Shown: positions 1-11,175 of the stretch, piece after piece
Numbering within the stretch: the first letter of the stretch is position 1
Layout: each line of letters starts with the position of its first letter
Assembly: GCA_963806035.1 (NCBI GenBank)
Contig: CAWDWO010000037.1
Span: 27,323-91,322 of the forward strand
From: Candidatus Krumholzibacteriota bacterium
GTDB lineage: Bacteria; Krumholzibacteriota; Krumholzibacteriia; JAJRXK01
Direction of reading: 5' to 3'
DNA length: 64,000 bases
Notes under the pieces: generated by a model
Database searches by the model: none
Told to the model about the DNA's origin: nothing
Seen by the model: the letters and a program-made list of their open reading frames with translations, nothing else
Program-made: the position numbers and the translations under genes

Positions 1-955
1 TGGATCTCTCCTTCCTGCAGAACACGCAAGAGCTTCGGCTGTAGCGTGAGGGGAAGCTCGCCGATTTCATCCAGGAAGAGGCTGGCGCCGTTGGCGATCT
101 CGAATTTGCCCGCGCGGTCGCGAGTAGCGCCGGTGAAGGCGCCGGCCACGTGTCCAAAGAGTTCGCTTTCGGCGATCGACTCCGGCAGGGCCGCGCAGTT
201 GACGTGAATGAGAGCCTCGTCGTGACGCGCGGATTCGCCATGAACTTGGCGCGCCACCAATTCTTTCCCCACACCGGTCTCGCCCAGGATCAAAACGGAT
301 AACTCACTCGCTGCCACCAGACTGATGTCGCGCCGCAGGCGTTCGATCGCCCGCGAATTTCCCAGGAATCTGCAGTCCGCCACTGCTGCGCTGCAGCTCG
401 CGCGCCACTGCCCCCTTGTGCTCGGCCATTCTCTCGATGGACTCGATGAGAGATGCGGTGTGCAGCGCCGCGCCCGCGATCGCGGCCAGCGCCTCCAGCC
501 ACTGCGGCTGGAGAGAATCGAAAGCTTGGGGCGACAGCGCGTCCGCGGTGAGCGCTCCCACCACCTGTCCGCCCTCCATCAGCGCACATCCCAGGCAGGC
601 GTGGATGTGCTCGAGCGCATGGGGGTCAGAGGAGAGATAACCGTCGAAGGGGTCGGGGAGGGGCGAGTCCACCGGGAAGCGCACCGCGCCCTCGCGACGC
701 CAAAATGATGTCCAGACGGGGATGCTCTTTGCGGGGGTAGCTCCGCACCAGCGCCTCGTCGGTGAGACCGTGCGCCGCGACGGGGATGAGTTCCTCCCCT
801 TGAAGCCGCAAAAGACAGGCCGCGTCGCAGGGGATCAACTTGCGCACCGCGCCGAGCAAGCGCTCGTAGCGATCCTCCGCGGCCAGCGATGCGGTGAGAT
901 CGCGTGCAGTCTCGAGGAAGATCTCCAGCCCTTCCGGGTGTTGTTGATCGGACAA
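1..955 (-). CDS. norR: NorR, sigma54-dependent NO-responsive activator (GAF + AAA+); runs off the window start; apparent frameshifts near 680 and 330
   Basis: ORFs 626..955 and 304..684 give a GAF domain ([17 protein letters not shown]). The minus strand of 1-330 reads [14 protein letters not shown]...[27 protein letters not shown]...[10 protein letters not shown]. Divergent from ric/qNor. Confidence 0.9.
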
Positions 956-1034
956 CGTGTTGTTCCTTTCACTACAGTACTGTCGTTATCAATTCAATAA
1001 CGTACTTTCTAACTCCTTGGAATCAAAGGAGTTT
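943..1034. promoter_or_regulatory. Candidate NorR enhancer sites (GT-N7-AC) and an AT-rich, IHF-like inverted repeat
   Basis: GTTGATCGGAC (943-953) and GTTCCTTTCAC (962-972) match GT-N7-AC. AACTCCTT-N-AAGGAGTT inverted repeat at about 1011-1033. Confidence 0.4.
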
Positions 1035-1040
1035 TTTGAC

Positions 1041-1056
1041 TGGCATCCGAGCTGCA
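1041..1056 (+). promoter_or_regulatory. sigma54 (-24/-12) promoter of ric-qNor
   Basis: TGGCATCCGAGCTGCA has GG-N10-GC spacing and lies upstream of RBS AAGGAGG and ATG 1084, adjacent to norR. Confidence 0.8.
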
Positions 1057-1083
1057 GAGCGATCCCGGCAAGGAGGAATTCTT

Positions 1084-1746
1084 ATGGAGACTATCAAGAC
1101 GAACTTGGCGCAGTTGGCCACCGAACACCCGGGGGCCTCCCGCGTCCTTCACGCTCGGGGCCTGGACTACTGCTGCGGCGGGCAGCGTTCCCTGGAGGAC
1201 GCCTGCCAGGAGCGCGGACTCGACCCCGATGAAATCCTGCAGGAGATCGCGGCCCAGTCGAGGAGCCCGCTAAAGGAGCACTCGTGCGCGGAGTTGCCAC
1301 TGCGCGATCTCACCCGCTTCATCGTCGAACACTACCACGAAAGTCTGCGCCGGGAACTCCCCGAGTTCGTTGCGCTGGCGGAGAAGGTCGAGACGAAGCA
1401 CGCCGCCAAGGCGAGTTGCCCGACCGGCCTCGCGGCGCACTTGCGCGAGTGCCATGCCGCCATGCTCGATCACATGGAGAAAGAAGAGCAGATCCTGTTT
1501 CCGCTCATCAGCTCCGGGATGGGCAACCAGACCGCCGGACCGGTGCAGGTCATGGAGGATGAGCACCGCGAACATGCGTTGAACTTGCAGCGCACGCGCG
1601 AGCTCACCGGCGATTTCTCGCCCCCGGCCGAGGCATGCACCAGCTGGCGGGCCCTCTATCTACGACTCCATGAGCTCGAGGCCGAACTCATGGAACACAT
1701 CCATCTCGAGAACAACGTTCTCTTCCCTCGGGCACTGTGCGAGTAA
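1084..1746 (+). CDS. ric: Iron-sulfur cluster repair di-iron protein (Ric/YtfE/ScdA)
   Basis: N-terminal LDYCCGG motif plus hemerythrin-like HMEKEEQILFP, MEDEH and HIHLENNVLFP. Confidence 0.95.
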   Translation: METIKTNLAQLATEHPGASRVLHARGLDYCCGGQRSLEDACQERGLDPDEILQEIAAQSRSPLKEHSCAELPLRDLTRFIVEHYHESLRRELPEFVALAEKVETKHAAKASCPTGLAAHLRECHAAMLDHMEKEEQILFPLISSGMGNQTAGPVQVMEDEHREHALNLQRTRELTGDFSPPAEACTSWRALYLRLHELEAELMEHIHLENNVLFPRALCE

Positions 1747-1760
1747 TGGGAGGTCATGGT

Positions 1761-4158
1761 ATGCGCGGTCACGGGAAAACTTGGTGGGGACTGGGAGCGA
1801 CGCTGGTCGTTGCATTCACGATCCTCGGATTCTTCGGTCGGGAAGTGTATCGCAAGGCGCCGCCGCTTCCTGAGAAAGTCGTATCGGAGAGCGGCACGGT
1901 GCTCATGACGCGCGCCGACATCCTCGACGGTCAGCAGGTCTGGCAGAGCCTGGGCGGCCAGCAGATGGGTTCGGTCTGGGGCCACGGCGCGTACCAGGCG
2001 CCCGACTGGTCGGCCGATTGGTTGCACCGGGAATGCCTCGCACTGAGCGATACCTGGGCGCAGGCGGAACGGGGACGTCCCTATACAGCCCTGAGCAACG
2101 CCGAGCAGGCGATCTACCGCGATCGACTGACCCGGGAAATGCGGGGCAATACTCTCGACGCGTCCACGGGGACCCTGGTGCTGAGCAAGGAGCGTGTCGC
2201 CGCCATCGCCAAGGTCGGCAGCTCACTACCGCGCGCTCTTCGGCGGGGATCCCGCCCTGCACCAACTGCGCGAAAACTATGCGATGCAGGAGGTCGCTCT
2301 CAGCGACGCCCATCGGCTCGATACGCTGACCGATTTCTTCTTCTGGACCAGCTGGGCCTGCGCGACCGATCGACCGGGTAGCAACGTCAGCTACACCAAC
2401 AACTGGCCGCACGAGGACCTTCTGGACAATCGTCCGACCGGAGCCAACGTGCTGTGGACCATCATCAGCGTGCTTCTGCTGCTGGCGGGAATCGGCGGCC
2501 TCATCTGGTACCGCGCCTTCCACGGCAGCGAGGACGATGCGCCGAAGCGCCCGACTGCGGGATCCTCTGGACGAACTCAAGCTCACCCCCTCCATGCGCG
2601 CGGTGGCGAAGTACCTGGGAGTGGTCGATCGCATTGTTCGGCGTTCAGGTGCTCTTGGGAGCGCTCACCGCCCACTACACCGTGGAAGGCCAGAGCTTCT
2701 TCGGCTTGCCTTTGTCGCGCTGGATTCCCTATTCCCTGGCGCGCACCTGGCACATTCAGACCGGCGTGTTCTGGATCGCCACCGCGTTCCTCTCCGCCGG
2801 CCTCTTTCTCGCGCCGGTGATCGGAGGCAAGGAGCCGCGCTTCCAACGACTCGGCGTCAACGTACTCTTCGGCGCGTTACTCTTGGTGGTGGCGGGGTCG
2901 CTGGCCGGTGAGGCGCTTTCGATTCACCAGAAGTTGAGCCTGAACGCTGGCTTCTGGTTCGGACACCAGGGCTACGAGTACGTCGATCTCGGCCGCGCCT
3001 GGCAAGTTGCCCTCTTCGTGGGTCTGCTTCTTTGGCTCGCCCTCATGTTGCGCGGTCTGTGGCCGGCTCTGCAGCGCCGGCAGGAGAGCCGCACCCTCAT
3101 CCTGATGTTCACCGGCGCCAGCGTCGCCATCGGCCTGATGTACGGCGCGGGCTTCCTCTTCGGTGCGCGTACCCATCTGTCGGTGATGGAATACTGGCGC
3201 TGGTGGGTCGTCCACCTCTGGGTGGAGGGCTTCTTCGAGGTCTTCGCGACGGCCGCCCTGGCCTTCGTCTTCGCCAAGCTGGGACTGGTGAGAGCCGGGC
3301 ACGCCGGGAAAGCCGTGGTGGCCTCCAGCACCCTCTTTTTGATCGGGGGAATCCCGGGGACCTTCCATCATCTCTACTTCAGCGGCACGCCGACTTCCAT
3401 CATGGCCATCGGCGCGAGCTTCAGCGCGCTCGAGGTCGTCCCGCTGGTGCTCATCGGGTTGGAAGCATTTCAGACCTCGCGCATGCAACGCGCGGCCGGC
3501 TGGATGCGCAGGTACCGTTGGCCCCTGCGCTTCTTCGTGGGCGTGTCGTTCTGGAATTTCGTGGGCGCCGGTCTCTTCGGTTTCCTCATCAACCCGCCCC
3601 TGGCTCTGACTACATGCAGGGTCTCAATACCACTCCCGTCCACGCGCACACCGCCCTCTTCGGGGTCTATGGGCTGCTTTCCTTGGGCCTGGTCCTGCTC
3701 ATCGCGCGGATCATGGGCGGCAGAGAGAGGCTTTGGAACGAGAAGCCTCTGGCCTACTCCTTCTGGGCCATGAATGGTCGGATTGGCGCTGATGGTGCTG
3801 TTGAGCCTCCTGCCCATCGGACTCGCTCAAACCTGGCGCCAGTGTGGAGCACGGTCTGTGGTACGCCCGCAGCGCCGACTTCCTGCAGCTGCCCCTTCTG
3901 CAGACCCTGCGCTGGATGCGCATGATCGGCGACACCATCTTTTTGAGCGGTGTCGCCTCTCTGGCCTGGTTCTTTCTGGGGCTGCTCACCGGACACAGCT
4001 ATGTGCGCCAGGCCGTGCCGGCCGGCGCCAAGACCGTACCGCTGTGGACCCGGGCTTCGGGGAGCGTCGACTCGGGCGTAGATGCGAAGAAGGGGTCCGG
4101 GGAGTCCCCTCGTCCTCGTGGCGATCGAGGAGCCCTCTCAGCGCGAGAGGGCTTCTTG
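1761..4158 (+). CDS. norB: Quinol-dependent nitric oxide reductase (qNor), split by several frameshifts; 3' end approximate
   Basis: GSVWGHGAYQAPDWSADWLH, SYTNNWPHE, RTWHIQ, WWVVHLWVEGFFEVF, GTFHHLYF, GLNTTPVHAHTALFGVYG and LRWMRMIGD occur across ORFs 1737..2381, 2194..2820, 2454..3773, 3032..3925 and 3844..4359. Confidence 0.93.
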
Positions 4159-4632
4159 CTAGCCTCTGTTCTCGAAGAACCTCAGCAAGATCATCAACTG
4201 TCCGAAGTGATACGAATTGTGTTTGATCAGCAGAATGGCCTCACGCAGCAGCGTTTGACCATCTCCGTGCGCGAAGGGTTCCTGGAGATCCTTCGACTCA
4301 TCCGCGACGAGCTTCACCATTTTCTCCAGGTCCCTCTGGAAATCGTCGACACTGGCTGACCACTGCGCCTCTCCCTTGGGCGCCCTTTCCTTCGGCCAGT
4401 ACCCTTCCGGCCAGGGAGGGGATTCGTAGTTCGGATCGGTGGAGAACTTCAGGATGTCCTCCTGAGCCAATCGCAGATGCTCGAGCAACTGCCAGGCGGA
4501 GTGATTGAATCCCTCGGGTAGGGTTCCGTAGTGCTCCGGGGGAAAGTCCTGCACGATCTCCTTCAGCATGGGGTGGGCGTTGGAGGCCTGCAGCATGGTG
4601 AGGAGTTGATCGCGCAGCATATCACTCGACAT
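4159..4632 (-). CDS. DinB-family (bacillithiol/thiol transferase-like) protein
   Basis: HSAWQLLEHLRLAQEDIL...WPEGYWP...LLREAILLIKHNSYHFGQL; RBS AAGGAG. Confidence 0.8.
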   Translation of the reverse strand: MSSDMLRDQLLTMLQASNAHPMLKEIVQDFPPEHYGTLPEGFNHSAWQLLEHLRLAQEDILKFSTDPNYESPPWPEGYWPKERAPKGEAQWSASVDDFQRDLEKMVKLVADESKDLQEPFAHGDGQTLLREAILLIKHNSYHFGQLMILLRFFENRG

Positions 4633-4715
4633 GACAAGCTCCTTGGATGCTAGAAATTGCCTTTCAGCATGCCCCAACTGCTGCGGGGTGCCGCAACGGG
4701 GCTGGCATCTGCCCT

Positions 4716-7319
4716 CAGTCTACTGTGCGTTTTCTACGATGAACAGACTCGAGAGGAGGCGACCATTACGGTAGACATAGGACTGTTCGTCATCGGAAAT
4801 GTAGCTCACGTTGATCGTACAGTACGCCAACCCGATCCGGAGGACCGATTTCGCCGAAGTGAGTGTCGCTCTCCCGTTTCGAGGTCAACGCGCTCGACGC
4901 GGCAGGGAACGCCAGCGCCGTGTTTGACCAGAATCGAGCGATCATCCGCTGACCAACGAATCGGCGCATCGTCCTCGGTGAGACCCGTAACCGGCTTCGG
5001 TTCACCGCCGGAGAGGCGGTAGATGGCATACGCCTTTCCCAAGACGCTCACCAGCAAGTTCTTACCGTCAGTGGACAGGAATCCCCCCAGGGTACCCGGA
5101 GGAGTCACGGGCCTGAGGGTATCCCCGTTCAGATCCACGACGAAAAACTGAGGTGCTTGGCTCGGCAGATTGCCTCCAAGTACCACCCCTTTCTCATCGG
5201 GGAGCCAACGCGCGTTGAAACAGTTCTCGAGCTTTCCCGGTGCGAGCTTCTGGATCTCACCCACTCCGAGAGGGTAGATCACCAATTTCGTGGGGGTGGA
5301 GGGAATGATCGACAGAACTCGCGTACCATCGCGAGTGATGTCGGCGACCATGCCCTCGCCCAGACGAACGACCGGAGACCCGTCGGTCTTCCTGAAGCAT
5401 GTTGCGTAATTGGTGCCCATGGCGCCACTCATCTCACTGAACACGAGCGTGTTCCCGTCCGGAGTGAGTCCTCCGAGACCTGACAAGTCGAGCCAGGAGA
5501 GATTCCGATCTCGCTTCCACTGGGGCTTGTGTACCATGAGTTCGGTGCGTTGGTCGTCGCGCGTGACAAGCCAACGGCCGTCCTTGGCCACGTCCTGGAT
5601 CGTGAGACCTCCTGCGCTCTGCAACGCGACCCGCCTTTTTCCCTCAGGAGTTATGGCGTAGACGGTGAGATCGTAGCCGCCGTAGCTGGCCGAGAAGAGA
5701 ATCTCCGAGCCATCCGCCGTCCAGCTCAAGCCCTCTTCCCCCCAATATCCTTCGGAGAGAACCGTCACCTTGCCCTCTAGATCGACGAGATTGACCGATC
5801 CACGATCATCATAGCGGGCCGGGTGCTGGAAATAGGCGATGAGATCCCCCTTGGGCGAGACGCTCAGATCGCTCATGTAGCCTGCGGCTCTGCACAGCAC
5901 CTGCCCCATGGGGTACTCGAGCTGATCCTGGCTTCCCTCGTCGCGAATGACCGCCAACTGCGTGCCGTCGGGAGACCAATCCGCCTCGCGTACGTTCTGC
6001 GACAGCTCGCGGGGTGCGCCACCTCCCAAAGACACGCGCGCCAAAGTTCCGGAAAAGAGCCGATGACCGATGAACTTCGCATCGGTGAGGATGGCCAGCT
6101 CTCCTTGCGACGAGACCGAGAGCAGTTGCGCTCCCTTCAGTCCGAGGGGTCGGGGCTCGGGGTATTCGGGGCGAATGGTGTAGAGTTCGGCAACGTTGCC
6201 CTCGGGTGCGGCGCTGTAGACCACGCTCGCGCCATCGGGAGCAAACAGGGCGCGAAAGATAGCGCCGGTCCGATACGCAAGCTGATGGAATTCGTGAGGG
6301 CCGCGCACGTTCTCTTTCTTGTGGAGAGAACTGAGGAGGAGCAGGCCCGAAAGAGCTGTCAAAAGAACCACGAGCGCCCACGGCAACCATGGTCGAGTCC
6401 GCTTGGGCTTTACAGATGGCGTGTCTGCCGTTGCCCGCGAGTCTGCTTCGCCAATCCAAGCCAATTCCGCGGCGAGGTCGCGTGAACTCTGCCAGCGATC
6501 TTCAGGATCCTTGGCGAGACAGCGATGGACGACACGGTCGAGGGTCGCGGGGGCGAGTGGAACGAGACTGGCGATGGCTGGCGGCTCATGCTCCAAGACA
6601 GAGGCGATCAAAGAAGCCTGACTTCTGCCCTGAAATGCGTTCTTTCCCGTCGCCATTTCGTAGAGCACGCAACCCAAGGACCAGATGTCGCTGCGCGTGT
6701 CGGCCTCGTGTCCTTCGAGTTGCTCGGGAGACATGTATTGAAAGGTGCCGACGAGGGTGCCCTCGGCGGTCAAGGGGGCCGCGATGGTGGGGGAGTGAGC
6801 GAGCTCGGTGGGCGAGGCCCCATCCTCGGAAGGGCCCCTCAGTCCGCTGGAGCGGGCCAGCCCGAAGTCCATGAGCTTCGCGCCGCTGCGCGTGAGCATG
6901 ATGTTGCCCGGTTTCAGATCGCGATGTACGACCCCGGCTCGATGCGCGCGATCCAACGCATCCGCGATCTGCGATCCGAGGCGAAGCACGTCGGGCACGG
7001 GGAGAGCGCCGCGAGCAAGGCGTTGGGCCAGCGTCTCGCCCTCGATGAGTTCCATCACCAGATAATCGGTGTCGCCTTCCCGTCCGACATCGAAGAGGGT
7101 GCAGATGTGCGGATGGTTGAGCCCCGATACCGTCTTGGCCTCGCGCTCGAAGCGAGCGCGAATCTCGGCCGTCGAGGAAAGGTGCTCCGGGAGCACCTTG
7201 ACCGCGACCTCGCGTCCCAGACGGGTGTCGCGCGCGCGGTAGACCTCACCCATGCCCCCCGCGCCGAGGGGGGAGATGATTTCGTAGGGGCCGAGTTTGG
7301 TGCCGGGGTCGAAGCTCAT
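4716..7319 (-). CDS. Hanks-type Ser/Thr kinase with TM helix and PD40/TolB-like beta-propeller; C-terminal frameshifts near 4810-4860
   Basis: GAGGMGEVY, VAVK, HRDLKPGN, DFG, GTFQYMSPEQ, a TM segment and WSPDG repeats. An alternative frame continues ...SYVYRNGRLLSSLFIVE. Confidence 0.9.
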
Positions 7320-7427
7320 GGGGCGGGATCTTAGCAGTACAAGCCCGGCGCGGCCTAGTCTTCACTTCGATGGGCAAAAGAAGAGCCGATTCTCCCTTCG
7401 CGTCATGCGGGTGGATTGGGCTCGCGT

Positions 7428-8432
7428 TCAGTGAATGTCATCCCACTGCACGTCGAAGCTGAACGGCGCGCCGCTGTCGGTCTGCCCGGTGATCGTGAAG
7501 CTACCGTTCCCGTTTGCCGTCACGCTGAAGTGAGAGTCGTTCGCGTCCACGCCTCCCGACGGAATCCCAAGGGCGGAGCAGGGTGTCGCGAAAGATTCGG
7601 CCCAAAACTCGACCTGCCCGGAGATCGGCACCCCGTTTCCATCGAAGACGAGCATGGGCAGGCCATAGGCACCCAGGCTCATCACACCCTGTCCCGGTAC
7701 CTGGAACACCACAAGCGGCTCGCTCAAACGGAACGAGCTATAGCCGGGGTCGACGATATAATAGAGCTCGAAGCAACCGATCGTGAAGAGCTGAACTCCG
7801 TCCAGCGTCACGCTCAATTGCGAGGCGCTATCGGTCTGCTCAGCGACCATGTCCTGAACCACGATTTGTGAAACAGGATCTCCTTCGGCGGTAATGGCGC
7901 AGGCATAGTGGCCCGTGATGTGGGTCGTGTGCGTTTGCTGGTTTTCGATCTCATTGATCGTGAGATCGACGGTGACATCCAGAAGAACACTGGGCCCAGT
8001 GATTGAAAGCACGACGAGGGTCAGGGTTCCTCGAGAGATGTCATCACAATCCGTGGCGGTGAGCTCAATGCTATCACCCACGGATAAAACGCCGTCGCCG
8101 TCGCTGTCATTCCACACGCCGTGCGATTGGCCCGTGTCGCAGAGGCCAAGGTCACCTAAATCAACTTGGCCGAGCGCTGAGATTCGCTTCTGATTGCTCG
8201 CAGCGTCAACCGCGGCCAAAAGAACGCCCTTGGCGCGATTGACGGAAATCGTGAGATCGAGCACCGATGCGAAATAGCTCAGTGCGTAGGGTGCGTTGTT
8301 GCTCGTGAAGTAGACGCCGTGCATGCCATCCCCTCCACCCGTGACATCATCGTCACCACCACAGCCAGCACCGAGAAAGAGGGAGGAGATCACCAGAGCC
8401 AAGGACAAGACGAGCGCCAGGACAGTCTTCAT
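7428..8432 (-). CDS. Hypothetical lipoprotein
   Basis: Signal peptide ending LGAGC; DSDGDG Ca-binding-like motif; RBS AGGAGG. Confidence 0.7.
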   Translation of the reverse strand: MKTVLALVLSLALVISSLFLGAGCGGDDDVTGGGDGMHGVYFTSNNAPYALSYFASVLDLTISVNRAKGVLLAAVDAASNQKRISALGQVDLGDLGLCDTGQSHGVWNDSDGDGVLSVGDSIELTATDCDDISRGTLTLVVLSITGPSVLLDVTVDLTINEIENQQTHTTHITGHYACAITAEGDPVSQIVVQDMVAEQTDSASQLSVTLDGVQLFTIGCFELYYIVDPGYSSFRLSEPLVVFQVPGQGVMSLGAYGLPMLVFDGNGVPISGQVEFWAESFATPCSALGIPSGGVDANDSHFSVTANGNGSFTITGQTDSGAPFSFDVQWDDIH

Positions 8433-8656
8433 CTCGATCCTCCTGAATTTGTCGAAATCTCATCGCTTGGTGGCGTGGTCGCGATGAGCGAAGTCAGTCT
8501 AGCACAGGCATGCTCGGCAGGGCCTGCGGAAACGGGTGGAATGAAGTCGAATTGGTTCTCGAGATGGATGGGGGAATCAGCGCCCGCCGCTTGCGATCAA
8601 GCGTTTGTTTGGCGATGAGTGGATGCGGCGTAGCGAGCGCCTCGGCGGCCGTTAGA

Positions 8657-8686
8657 TTGACGGGCTCGGATTCAGGACGCTAAGCT
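8657..8686 (+). promoter_or_regulatory. Putative sigma70 promoter
   Basis: TTGACG-N18-TAAGCT upstream of the CDS at 8720. Confidence 0.4.
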
Positions 8687-8719
8687 TCGGATAACTGCGA
8701 GTCCTCTCTTCTCATTCCA

Positions 8720-11097
8720 ATGGCGGTTGGACCAATGAAACACACTCATTCATCGGTATTTCCCACACTCGTCCTCGCTTTCTTGTCATCGCTGGCGCTC
8801 CTCCTCACTTGCTCTGCCCGTGGTGCATGTGCTGATACCATCCGCGTCGCGAAAGATGGTTCTGGTGACTACTCGACTCTGCACGAGGCGATTGTGTCCT
8901 CGAGCGAGGGTGATCGGATTGAAGTGGGCCCGGGCACCTACAGCGAGACCGGAGTGGCGGAAGCCGGGGTTCAGGTGACCCACAGTCTGGAAATCGTCGC
9001 GACATCAGGACCCGAGGATACGATCATCGACGGTGAGAACCTTCGGCGCGGATTCTTCGTCAGAGGCGTGCAGACAAGCCTCATGCGTGGCTTTTCTTTT
9101 CTCCATTGCTACCACAATGACATCGGTTCGGCGATTACGGTCACCGAAGGCGCGCAGCTCGAGGTTGAAGGTTGTTCCTTCGAGCACAACATGGCGGGCT
9201 ATCAGGGAGGTGCGGTTCACGTCCGACAATCAGGATCGAGTTTGCAGATCGTCAATTCCCGATTCAGTGAGAATACCTCCTACATAGGAGGAGCAGGTAC
9301 CTCGATTCAGGGGGGAGCCTCATCTTCGAGGATTGCCTGTTTGAAAAGAACGTGGGCACCGAGGCCTATGGCACGCTCGCGACGAATGCGGCGTACCTCG
9401 GTGTCACGGGGTGCACCTTCATCGAAAACAGCGGTCCGAGCGGCACCTGCGTCAACTACTACGAGGCGGACGGCGAGGTTCTGGAAAATACCTTCTACGA
9501 AAATTCGGTCGGGATCGCGAGCGTGAGGGTCGATGCGCCGACCAAGAGAATCCCGGTGGCTCGAAACATCTTCTACGGTGAGCAGCAAGGCTACGGCTTG
9601 GTGGAATATGGTGGGGTGGACGCAAGCTGCAATCTCTACTACCAGAATGCGAAGGGCGATCATTATCCGGCCCTGGGATTGGGCGAAATCACGGCGGATC
9701 CCCTGTTTTGCGACCCCTCTCAGGGGAATTTTGCCGTTAGTACGGATTCGCCGGCAGCCCCCTCCAACAACTCTTGCGCTGAGCAAATTGGTGCGGTTGG
9801 CACCGGGTGCGAAGCGCCAAGGCCTGAACTGATCATGTCAGCAGATACTGCGGGAGGAATGTATGGGGAAGAAGTCGCGACCACGGTGAGCCTGCGTTTG
9901 GCCGATGCAAATGCGCCCGTCGTATCCTCGATTGGAGGTCTGGACTTCGTACTGCTGTGGAACCCCATCATCGCCACCTTCGTCAGGATTGAATCCACGG
10001 ACGAAACGGCAAATTGGCAGATTGCCAGCGACGACACCCATGTCTCCCATGGTGAGCTTCACGTCTCCATGGCTGGTCTCGATGGTTTCGACGTGGGTCC
10101 AGAGAAAGTGGGTGCTTTACGGGTAGTCTTCGAGTTTGCCTCGGATGGAGGCTATACCTCGCTGGATCTGACGCAGACAAAAGTTTTCACGACCGAGCCC
10201 GCGCCCGTTTCTCACAGAACCGAGGCGGGTACGCTTACGGAAGGTTGTGAGAAGGGTGATGTCTATCCGGACGGCGAGATCGACTCGGCCGACGCAATCT
10301 TGGCATTGAAGATCGCAGTCGAACTGATTCAGCCGACGATAACCCAGTTTTGTGCCGCCGACATGAACAATGACGGAGAAGTCAATGTCGCCGATGTCGT
10401 GTTGATCCTCCAGGCTGCCGTTGGTTCAGCCAAGATGGAGTCCGCGAAATCGAGCGTACTTGCGGCCAGTGTCGAATTGAATCCGAGTTCGGAGGGTGCG
10501 ACGCTGAATCTCTCGGGGATTGCCGGCCTCGATGCCGAGTTGACCTACGATCCGAGCAAGATCCACTTTGTCGCCGCTAGCTCTCAAAATGGGCTCGTGA
10601 TCGTCAATGATGAGCAGGAAGGCCTGATCCATGCAGCCTACGCGGCAAGCTCCGAGAATGACGCTACCATCGATCTGCAGTTCGAATCCCTGAATGGGGG
10701 AGGGCTTCTCACGCTTCAGCAGGTTTGGGCTTGCGATCTCGAAGGACAGAGTGCGGGTCTGAGCAGCGGTGAGCAGAGCGTGTTCGTTTCGTCGGCCGCG
10801 ACCTCCACTCCAAGTAGCTCTCGGAAGGCACAGCTACTGGGCATCTATCCCAATCCCTTCAACCCGCAGACGGTCATCAAATTCCGTCTCGATGCGCATC
10901 GATCCGATCTGAGCATCTTTGACGCAGCGGGGCACCACGTAAGAAGCTTTGACCTGTCGAATCTGGGAGTTGGTGAGCACAGCATTCGCTGGTCAGGACG
11001 AGATGACGCGGGGCACACGGTTTCCAGTGGCGTATACTACCTCAGACTGCTGACTTCTCAGGGTTCAGAAGTTCTCAGGGCAGTGCTTCTGAAGTAG
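8720..11097 (+). CDS. Secreted protein: right-handed beta-helix + cohesin-like + dockerin + cohesin-like + FlgD-Ig/T9SS-like CTD; frameshift near 9320
   Basis: IRVAKDGSGDYSTLHEAI, IEVGPGTY, ADPLFCD; dockerin pair KGDVYPDGEIDSADAIL / ADMNNDGEVNVADVVLIL; C-terminus YPNPFNP...GVYYLRL...VLLK. Confidence 0.8.
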
Positions 11098-11124
11098 GCA
11101 ATCTGAAAAGAGAGACTCATGCAA

Positions 11125-11149
11125 AGGGGCTCCCACTTTGGGAGCCCCT
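11125..11149. terminator. Intrinsic terminator hairpin between convergent genes
   Basis: AGGGGCTCCCA-CTT-TGGGAGCCCCT, a perfect 11-bp stem. Confidence 0.8.
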
Positions 11150-11175
11150 CGTTGCGATGGAGACCGGCCTTCGAC

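Noticed and set aside
1761..4158. NO dismutase (Nod) rather than qNor
   Set aside because: The canonical qNor residues are retained (AHYTVEG, HLWVEGFFE, GTFHHLY).
4159..4359. Genuine 200-bp antisense overlap of qNor with the DinB gene
   Set aside because: qNor similarity ends near 4000-4050. The extension is probably run-on in an error-prone, GC-rich frame.
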